From the NCBI GenBank assembly GCA_052390515.1, contig JBQTGV010000121.1, positions 1-42,967 on the forward strand: DNA of 42,967 nucleotides, written 5' to 3'. The notes under the pieces are model-generated. The model was given only the letters and a program-made list of their open reading frames with translations, did no database searches and had not been told where the DNA came from. Of the stretch, positions 36,529 through 42,967 are shown in pieces (the first letter of the stretch is position 1; every line of letters starts with the position of its first letter). Both the position numbers and the translations under genes were made by a program. This stretch comes from Candidatus Eiseniibacteriota bacterium. Its GTDB lineage: Bacteria; ARS69.

Positions 36529-39117
36529 GTGGCTCCTTTCGTGACGCTCGCCGCGGGAATCGCCGTGGTCCTCTTCGCCGGCCCGGCCGCTCCGCTCGCC
36601 GCCGGCCCGTGCACGCCGCAGTTCGTCCGGGAGCTGGATCCCTTCCCGCTCTACGACGGGCAGGGGCCGGTCGCGGGGGCCTGGAACGGTGGCCTGCACA
36701 ACGCCCGCCCTCAGCTCGTGGACATCGACGCCGACGGCGACCTCGACCTCTTCGTCCAGGAGGAGAACGGGCAGCTCCGCCTCTATCGGAACGCCGGGAC
36801 TCCGGCGGCTGCGAGCTGGGTGCTGGAGACCGACGACTTCGGAGGCGTGCACGAGTACTACTTCGCCCGCTTCGTCGACGTGGACTCCGACGGCGACTAC
36901 GACGTGTTGGCCGAGGCCGATCCCTACATCAAGGACATCGGCGGGGTGCTGGTGCAGTTCACCGTGGCGGCCCTGTGGACGAACGTCGGCACGCCTCAGT
37001 CCGCGCAGTTCCAGAATCTCTCTCCGCGTCCGGACGGCTACTTCACGGACGACACCGGCGAGCCCATCCCCTTCACCACGACCACGCCGGAGTTCGTGGA
37101 TCTGGAGGGGGACGGGGACCAGGATCTCCTCCTCGGCGAGGTGTCGGGCAACGTCATCCTCTACCGTAACGTCGGCGGGCCGGGGAATCCGGTCTTCCAT
37201 TTCGAGACCGACACCTACCAGGACATGCGGATCGTTGCGGGTACGTGCACGTCGCTGCGCGGGCCGCAGCCGCCGGACCTTCGCCACGGGTTCATGCTGT
37301 TCTCCTTCTACGACATCAATGCCGACTCGCGGCCCGACCTGTTCGTCGGCGACGAGTTCAACTTCAACTCCTACTTCTGGCTGAACGTCGGGGGTGCCGG
37401 CGCGAGCCCGGACTTCTCCTGCCAGACCGAGACTTACTATCCGGACCCGAACCAGCCGCCGCAGGGCTTCGGACCGCGCCTCCTCTCGGCGTTCGGGGAC
37501 CTCGACGCGGACGGCGACGCAGACGCGGTGGCCGGCTCGGGCTTCTCCAGCACGCTGGGCCTCCAGTTCTTCCGCAACATCGGGACGTCCCAGTTCCCCT
37601 TCCACGTTCTCGAATCGACGAACTGGCTTCCCGAGTTCGATTGGGGCTGGAACAGCGCGCCCGCCTTCGCCGACCTGGATCGGGACGGGGACCGCGACAT
37701 GTTCCTCGGCTCCCCCTCGCGGCAGCTCGCCTCCCGGTGGGAGAACATCGGAACGGCGGCCGCGCCGCAGCTCGCCGTGGTCGATTCCGTCTGGCTCGCG
37801 ATTCCCAACACGGATTGGGTGGCGGCGGACTTCGCCGACATCGACGCCGACGGCGACGAGGACTACATGGTGGGAGGCACGTTCGGCGAGATCCGCTGGT
37901 TCCGGAACGACGGCGACGGGCCGCTGCCCAGCGACTTCGTGGAGGTCCTGGGCGATCCGGACTTCGGGCTGCCGCCGGACCGGACGTTCCGCATCACGAT
38001 CGATCAGCAGTCCGTCCCGCGGTTCGTCGACACCGACGCCGATGGGGACCTCGACATCGTCGTCGGGTACTTCAACGGCGTCTCGCTGCGGGAGGCGACG
38101 CTGCTGCACTTCCGGAACGACGGCACACCCACGGCGCACGACTTCGTGCTGGCGTCGGATGACTACCGCGGACTCGGGGAGCTGGGGCAGGGTACCGCGC
38201 CGACCTTCGGAGATCTCGACGGAGACGGCGACCTCGACCTCGTGGTCGGGCGGGACGACGGGCTGCTGTCGCTGCTGCGCAACGTGGGGACACGGAAGCA
38301 CCCGGCCTACTTCCTCGAACAGGCGAACGTGCTCGACGTGGGCGCGCGCTCGATCCCGTTCCTCGTCGATCAGGACGCGGACGGAGACCTGGATCTCGCC
38401 GTGGGAGAGAGCGGCGGAGGGCTCAACTTCCTGCGCAACGTCTCTCCGGCCCCGGCCAATCCCACTCCGTTCGCTCTGCAGGAGCCGGTGCAGGACGCGG
38501 ACATCGACGGGCGGCGTTTCGTCCCGTTCCGCTGGGAGCAGTCCTTCGCGCCGGGAGCCGGTCCGGAGGCAAGCTACGAGCTGCGGCTGACCTCGGATCC
38601 CGACCTACCCCCCTCGGAGTGGACCGTCATTCCCGTGACCGCCAACCACACCAGGGTGCGGCTGTACTCCGTCGGGTACGCGCTCGCGCCCGAAGTGTGG
38701 TGGACGGTGGAGGCGAAGAGCGGATGCTCCAACGCGCCGATGCCGGAGTGGCGCCGCCTCGTGCACACCACCGTGGACCTCGCCCACCAGGATCTACCGG
38801 ACGGCAGCGAGCCCAAGTCGCTCCATGCCACGGAGGAGTTCTCGCTCGCGGTGACGAGCGTGTTCCCTTCGCCGTTCTCCGACGAGGTCCGCGTGACCTA
38901 CACCGTGCCCGCCAGCGGACGCGTGCGCATCACCGTGCACGACGCGGCCGGACGAGCGGTCGCTGTGCTGCGCGACGCCGACCGCGCGCCGGGCGAGCAC
39001 ACGGAGACGTGGGGCGGGCGTGACCACGATGGACACGCCGTCGCGCCCGGGATCTACGTGGTGCGCGTGGAACAGGGCGGACACGTCGCGACCGGACGGG
39101 TGGCGCATCTCCGGTGA
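36529..39117 (+). CDS. Secreted FG-GAP/VCBS repeat protein with a FlgD-type C-terminal domain
   Basis: About ten D.D.DGD.DL Ca-binding repeats with Y/FRN turns; PSPF...HDAAGRAVAVL...WGGRD...PGIYVVR tail. Confidence 0.87.
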   Translation: MAPFVTLAAGIAVVLFAGPAAPLAAGPCTPQFVRELDPFPLYDGQGPVAGAWNGGLHNARPQLVDIDADGDLDLFVQEENGQLRLYRNAGTPAAASWVLETDDFGGVHEYYFARFVDVDSDGDYDVLAEADPYIKDIGGVLVQFTVAALWTNVGTPQSAQFQNLSPRPDGYFTDDTGEPIPFTTTTPEFVDLEGDGDQDLLLGEVSGNVILYRNVGGPGNPVFHFETDTYQDMRIVAGTCTSLRGPQPPDLRHGFMLFSFYDINADSRPDLFVGDEFNFNSYFWLNVGGAGASPDFSCQTETYYPDPNQPPQGFGPRLLSAFGDLDADGDADAVAGSGFSSTLGLQFFRNIGTSQFPFHVLESTNWLPEFDWGWNSAPAFADLDRDGDRDMFLGSPSRQLASRWENIGTAAAPQLAVVDSVWLAIPNTDWVAADFADIDADGDEDYMVGGTFGEIRWFRNDGDGPLPSDFVEVLGDPDFGLPPDRTFRITIDQQSVPRFVDTDADGDLDIVVGYFNGVSLREATLLHFRNDGTPTAHDFVLASDDYRGLGELGQGTAPTFGDLDGDGDLDLVVGRDDGLLSLLRNVGTRKHPAYFLEQANVLDVGARSIPFLVDQDADGDLDLAVGESGGGLNFLRNVSPAPANPTPFALQEPVQDADIDGRRFVPFRWEQSFAPGAGPEASYELRLTSDPDLPPSEWTVIPVTANHTRVRLYSVGYALAPEVWWTVEAKSGCSNAPMPEWRRLVHTTVDLAHQDLPDGSEPKSLHATEEFSLAVTSVFPSPFSDEVRVTYTVPASGRVRITVHDAAGRAVAVLRDADRAPGEHTETWGGRDHDGHAVAPGIYVVRVEQGGHVATGRVAHLR

Positions 39118-39938
39118 CCGCGGAGCGGTTCGGCGGCTACGAGATCCTGGAGCGATCGGACATCGGCGGCGGCGGCTTCGACGCGCTCGCTCGGGGCGCG
39201 GACGGGCGCGACGTGCGCCTGTGGGTGGGGTGCTCGGGGAGCGGTGCACCGGATCCCGGGAGGCCCACCCCCGACCGCATCCGCGAGACGCTCGCCGGCG
39301 TCTATCAGGCGGGCCTGCCCCGGGTGCTCGGCGCGGAGATCGTTCAGGGACGCGCCGTGCTCGTCGTCCAGCCGTACCGCGGCGAAACGCTCGCGGAGCG
39401 GCTCCGATCCGCGCCGCTGGAGCCGCTCGAGGCGATCGACCGCGTCCGCGGCGTGGCGGCGGCGCTGGTGAAGGCGCACCGGGCCGGCGTGACCCACGGC
39501 TCGATCACCGCCGGCGAGATCCTCCTGGCCGACGACGGCCGCACCCTGCTCCTGCATCTCGGCCTCTCCCCGTTCGTGGGCGACACACGCTCCGGGCTCC
39601 CGACGCCGCCGACCGAAGCCGGGGACGTAGTCGCCCTGGCCGGTGTGCTGAACCGCTGCCTCACGGGGTCCGAGACACGGCCTCACCCCACCGAGCAGAC
39701 GCTGCCCGCGCACCTGCCGCAGGGGCTCCGGCGCCTTCTCGCGCGGGCGCTGCACGCCGATCCGGCTCTCCGCATGCGGCGCGCCGAGGAGCTCGCCGGC
39801 GACCTCGCCGTGATCCGCGCTTCCTGGGGTTCGACGAGCCCGCCGCGCCGCCGCCGGGTACCGGAGGCGGCAGGCCTGGCCGCCGCCGCGGTGGTCGCGG
39901 CCGTGCTGGTCCTGGCCCTCGTCGGGCGCTCCTGCTGA
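39114..39938 (+). CDS. Pseudokinase (degenerate Ser/Thr kinase fold) with a C-terminal TM helix
   Basis: FGGYEILE, GETLAERL...L..AH.AGVTH, DVVALAGVL, ALHADPALR; catalytic motifs replaced; GTGA overlap with the upstream gene. Confidence 0.75.
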   Translation: MTAERFGGYEILERSDIGGGGFDALARGADGRDVRLWVGCSGSGAPDPGRPTPDRIRETLAGVYQAGLPRVLGAEIVQGRAVLVVQPYRGETLAERLRSAPLEPLEAIDRVRGVAAALVKAHRAGVTHGSITAGEILLADDGRTLLLHLGLSPFVGDTRSGLPTPPTEAGDVVALAGVLNRCLTGSETRPHPTEQTLPAHLPQGLRRLLARALHADPALRMRRAEELAGDLAVIRASWGSTSPPRRRRVPEAAGLAAAAVVAAVLVLALVGRSC

Positions 39939-39950
39939 GGGATTTCCGGG

Positions 39951-39980
39951 TTGACGCCCCCTCCGGGGGGGTCTCATGAT
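39951..39980 (+). promoter_or_regulatory. Putative sigma70 promoter of the histone gene
   Basis: TTGACG (39951-39956), 18-nt spacer, CATGAT (39975-39980). Confidence 0.5.
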
Positions 39981-40045
39981 CCGCCGCGAGAAGGCCGGAA
40001 GCGGCTTTCAGGCGTTCAGGGACCCGCTCTCCAGGAGGATCGGAC

Positions 40046-40222
40046 GTGTCGGAGATTATCGTGGTGCAGTCGAAGATCCGGGACATGATCAAGGGCAAGG
40101 GGTGCTCCACGAGCGCGGACGCCATCGACGCCCTCTCGGCCGAGGTGACCCGGATCATCAACCGCGCCGTGGAACGGACGAAGTCCAACGGGCGAAAGAC
40201 GGTCAAGGGATCGGATATCTAG
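40046..40222 (+). CDS. Bacterial histone-fold protein, 58 aa, Bd0055-like singlet (not in the ORF track)
   Basis: AGGAGG (40033-40038) then GTG; MSEIIVVQSKIRDMIKGKGCSTSADAIDALSAEVTRIINRAVERTKSNGRKTVKGSDI*; contains the RKTVxxxD histone L2 motif. Confidence 0.88.
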   Translation: MSEIIVVQSKIRDMIKGKGCSTSADAIDALSAEVTRIINRAVERTKSNGRKTVKGSDI

Positions 40223-40265
40223 CACCCCGCGCAGGGGACGCACCCGGCGCGCCGCGCCGGCTCGA

Positions 40266-40305
40266 CGGCCGGGCTCCTCCGCAGGGGCCCGGCCGATTCG
40301 TTTTT
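40266..40305 (+). terminator. Intrinsic terminator downstream of the histone gene
   Basis: 13-bp stem CGGCCGGGCTCCT / AGGGGCCCGGCCG (one G-U), loop CCGC, followed by ATTCGTTTTT. Confidence 0.75.
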
Positions 40306-40320
40306 CGCGGTTTCGCGAGG

Positions 40321-41403
40321 TCAGGCGGCCGCGCCCCGCGGGCCTCTCCGCTGCGCTCCGTCCACCTCGGTGCGAAGCTGCCCACAGGCTGCGGCGATGT
40401 CCGGTCCCATGCTCCAGCGGACCGTCACGACCGGGGCCACGGGCCACAGCCGGCGGGCAAAGGCGTCCACGCGTTCGCGGTCCGGACGCTCCAGCTCGGG
40501 CGAAGCGCCGGGGTTGTACGGGATCACGTTGATCTTGAACGGCCCGCCGCGCACCAGCGACCCCAGGCGGTCGGCGTCGGTGTCGGTGTCGTTCACACCC
40601 TTCATCAACACGTACTCGAGGGTGACCCGGTTACCGGTCGCTTCGGCGTATCCGCGGGCCGCCGCCATGAGCTCCGGGAGGGGCGTCTTCGCCGCGCGGG
40701 GCATCAGACGCTCCCGCAGCGACTGGGTCGGCGCGTTGAGAGAGACGGCCAGACGCACGCCGAGGCCCGACTGCTGGAGCCTCTTGATCCCGGGGACCAC
40801 GCCGGCCGTGGACACGGTGATCCGGGCGGGACCCAGGTTGAAGCCGAGCGGATCCATCAGGATGCGGCAGGCGTCGGTGACCGCGGGGACGTTGTGCAGC
40901 GGCTCGCCCATGCCCATGAACACGATGTTGGTGCGCGTGCGACGGTCGCGGATGCGCCTCCACAGAGGCACGACCTGCCCGGCGATCTCGTGGGCGGCGA
41001 GATTGCGGAAGAACCCCATGCGCCCCGTCTGGCAGAAGACGCAGTCCAGCGTGCAGCCGACCTGGGAAGAGATGCACAGCGTGACCCGCCGTTCGGTGGG
41101 CATGAGCACGGCTTCGACCGCGCCTCCGTCGGCCAAGCGGAAGAGGTACTTGCTCGACTCGTCGACGGCGCTGTCCCGGCGAGCCGCCACGGGGAGCCCT
41201 CCGGCGACGAAGTCCCTGGCGAGGTCCCGGCGAAGCTCCTTGCCGAGGTCGGTCATCTCCTCGATGTCCTCGACGCCCTTGTCCCACAGCCACCGGGCGA
41301 TCTGGCGGAAGCGGTACTCGGGCAGACCTCGGCCCAGCACGACGGAGCGAAGCTCCTCCAGGGAGAGGGCGCGGAGGGCCGTTTTCTCGGGCGAAAGCGA
41401 CAC
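40321..41403 (-). CDS. rlmN: Radical SAM dual-specificity RNA methyltransferase RlmN (start approximate: GTG 41403 or 41412)
   Basis: TLCISSQVGCTLDCVFC, NIVFMGMGEPLHN, RITVSTAG, LAVSLNA, TLEYVL..VND, INVIPYN, DIAAACGQL. Confidence 0.95.
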   Translation of the reverse strand: MSLSPEKTALRALSLEELRSVVLGRGLPEYRFRQIARWLWDKGVEDIEEMTDLGKELRRDLARDFVAGGLPVAARRDSAVDESSKYLFRLADGGAVEAVLMPTERRVTLCISSQVGCTLDCVFCQTGRMGFFRNLAAHEIAGQVVPLWRRIRDRRTRTNIVFMGMGEPLHNVPAVTDACRILMDPLGFNLGPARITVSTAGVVPGIKRLQQSGLGVRLAVSLNAPTQSLRERLMPRAAKTPLPELMAAARGYAEATGNRVTLEYVLMKGVNDTDTDADRLGSLVRGGPFKINVIPYNPGASPELERPDRERVDAFARRLWPVAPVVTVRWSMGPDIAAACGQLRTEVDGAQRRGPRGAAA

Positions 41404-41514
41404 GGAGACCACTCGGCGGGGCGGTTGCGTCCCGGGCGGGGCGAACTTATCCTGCAACCGCGGACGACCCCGGAGCGTAACGAATCCCGGAGTCATCGGC
41501 AAGGAGGCCTTCCC

Positions 41515-42297
41515 GTGGCCCGACGGCGCCGTTTCGGGTGGTTCGCGGGGGCGATCGGCGGCCTCGCCGTAGCCGGGACCACGCCGGACGCTCTTGCCGA
41601 GTCGCGTGCGGCTCCCGGGTCGGATGCCCGTGCCGCCGCCATCGCGAAGCTGCTCGAGTCGGTCGGGTCCTTCGCGGTCTCCGGGGCGGTCAAGACCGAG
41701 GACGGCCTGCTCCTGCCCGAGTCCATCGCCATCGAGATCAAGAGCGAGATCTGCGTCGAGAGCCGCGAGCCCGGCGCCCGGTTCTGGTCGCTGGACTTCG
41801 ACACCTGCTTCGCGTTCGTCGCGCGGGACTCCCTGGACGCGGTCGGCGAGTACTCGGTGTCGGTGCCCTGCCTGGACGCCGACGCGACGTACGAGTCGCG
41901 TCATCCGTTCGGGGATCTTCGCCTCATCCAGCGCGGGCCGGTTTCGTTCCTGGCGGTTTCGGACGCCGGCTGGAACCACCACGAGACGTTCACTTCGTCC
42001 CGCACCCAGCGCCGCGATCTCCTGCTGACCCTGGAGCCCGAGGTCTTCTGGGTGGTGAAGGAGGGAGGCGATTTGCGGGAGCGGCCGCTCGCCGCCGCCA
42101 CGGCGATCCGACGCATGGACTTCGGAACGGGCGTGCCGGTCGTGCGTTTCCACGAGGGCTGGGCCGAGGTGGTGGTGGACGATCGCATCGCCTGGATGGA
42201 GATGCGCTTCCTGGGGACGGAGAAGCAGCTCGAGGAGGCCCGACCGTTCCGGGGCAAGCCCGCGGTGGAGCCTCTGCCGGTCCCGGAGTCCCCGTGA
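41515..42297 (+). CDS. Exported hypothetical protein with a C-terminal SH3-like domain
   Basis: AAGGAGG RBS; basic plus hydrophobic signal ending ALA; DLRERP...GTGVPVV..HEGWAEV...AWMEMRFL resembles SH3b. Confidence 0.65.
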   Translation: MARRRRFGWFAGAIGGLAVAGTTPDALAESRAAPGSDARAAAIAKLLESVGSFAVSGAVKTEDGLLLPESIAIEIKSEICVESREPGARFWSLDFDTCFAFVARDSLDAVGEYSVSVPCLDADATYESRHPFGDLRLIQRGPVSFLAVSDAGWNHHETFTSSRTQRRDLLLTLEPEVFWVVKEGGDLRERPLAAATAIRRMDFGTGVPVVRFHEGWAEVVVDDRIAWMEMRFLGTEKQLEEARPFRGKPAVEPLPVPESP

Positions 42298-42548
42298 CGC
42301 CTGCCGGGCCGCCCCGGGAGACCGAAGACCCCCTGGTCGACGCTCGGGGGCTGCTCTGCCCCCTTCCGGTCATTCGCCTCGAGGAGCGCATGCGCACCAT
42401 CCCTCCGGGGGGGCGCGTGCTCCTCGTGGCCGACGATCCCGCGGCCGAAGAGGACGTCCGCCTGTGGTGCCGCGGGCACCGCCACGAGGTCGTGGACGTG
42501 GCCAGGAAGGGCCGGGAAGCCCGGATCCGCGTTCGCAGGGGGACCTGA
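42294..42548 (+). CDS. TusA/SirA-family sulfur carrier
   Basis: VDARGLLCPLPVI (CPxP) and LVADDPAAEEDVRLWC; GTGA overlap with the upstream gene. Confidence 0.9.
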   Translation: MTPAGPPRETEDPLVDARGLLCPLPVIRLEERMRTIPPGGRVLLVADDPAAEEDVRLWCRGHRHEVVDVARKGREARIRVRRGT

Positions 42549-42678
42549 CCGCCCCTGGGGGCGGTGCGGCCCGATTCCTCGAGGCCGAGCCAGAATCCGC
42601 AAGAAGGATCAAGTCGCGGCGCGCGACGGCCGATTCCCGGGGCGCAAGGGCAAGTTGCGCCTGTCAGGAGGTCGACGA

Positions 42679-42967
42679 ATGCGCTCCCTCGTGAAACTCG
42701 CGGCGATGCTCGCGGCCGTGGCGGCCGCCTCGCCGGTCGCGTCCCGTCCCGCGCTCGCGGGCGGAAACGCGCTGGACGGTGTGCGCGGTGTTCTCCGCGT
42801 TCACTCCGCCGATCCCGCCGTCCCGGGCTACGTGTCCGGGACCATGTATGGACTGTACTCGCAGAAGTTCTATTCCTTCACGCAGTCCCCGAGAGGCCAG
42901 ACCGAGAAGGTCGACTTCGGGGCAGGGGTGATCAGCCTCGGCTACAGCCCGACTCCCTTCGTGGAGC
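42679..42967 (+). CDS. Secreted, possibly outer-membrane, protein; N-terminal fragment truncated by the window edge
   Basis: AGGAGG RBS; MRSLVKLAAMLAAVAAASPVASRPALA signal peptide; open to the end, with beta-strand-like GVISLGYSPTPFVE. Confidence 0.65.
   Translation, partial: MRSLVKLAAMLAAVAAASPVASRPALAGGNALDGVRGVLRVHSADPAVPGYVSGTMYGLYSQKFYSFTQSPRGQTEKVDFGAGVISLGYSPTPFVE

Noticed and set aside
36700-38400. Recurring GACGGCGAC-like DNA motifs as a CRISPR or repeat array
   Set aside because: They encode FG-GAP DxDGD repeats within one ORF, spacing is irregular and no cas genes are present
41404-42153. 250-aa N-terminal extension of RlmN, and the 773-aa ORF 39976-42297
   Set aside because: Both are open-frame run-ons across oppositely oriented real genes; RlmN similarity begins near 41403 and the + gene has its own RBS before 41515
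32361-42548. RNA-modification cluster (ThiI-like protein, rlmN, TusA)
   Set aside because: The genes are separated by unrelated genes and lie in different transcription units; proximity is probably coincidental

Overview
GC-rich bacterial chromosomal segment, gene-dense, with no rRNA, tRNA, CRISPR array or intact transposase recognised. Tol-Pal genes indicate a diderm host, and several secreted proteins with C-terminal FlgD-type Ig domains suggest an FCB-related candidate lineage (inference only). From left to right: the end of a tolQ-tolR-tolA-tolB-pal operon closed by a coiled-coil/LysM lipoprotein; a Yip1 protein; a membrane-anchored sulfatase-like enzyme; a MocR-type regulator with a degenerate PLP site, divergent from glnA; an MNT-HEPN toxin-antitoxin pair whose toxin has an in-frame TGA; a cytochrome c lipoprotein; pruA-DinB-hypothetical-ALDH7. 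An accessory signalling/surface block (about 16.5-29.4 kb) follows. It holds two paralogous lamin-tail proteins with different sorting tails, exosortase H and an oppositely oriented membrane partner, two TPR-bearing membrane Ser/Thr kinases, an ECF43-like sigma factor, a 70-aa tandem signal-peptide/NHxQ peptide precursor and two fibre-like paralogues sharing a near-identical 168-bp tract. The window ends with fumC, a methyltransferase frameshifted at a G11 tract, a sulfotransferase, a ThiI/MnmA-like PP-loop protein, two large secreted proteins, a pseudokinase, a 58-aa bacterial histone gene absent from the ORF track, rlmN, an SH3-like protein, a TusA-family protein and a truncated secreted protein. 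The two strongest leads are a candidate peptide to TPR-kinase to ECF sigma signalling circuit, and the histone gene. All calls are by eye from motifs; no searches were run.
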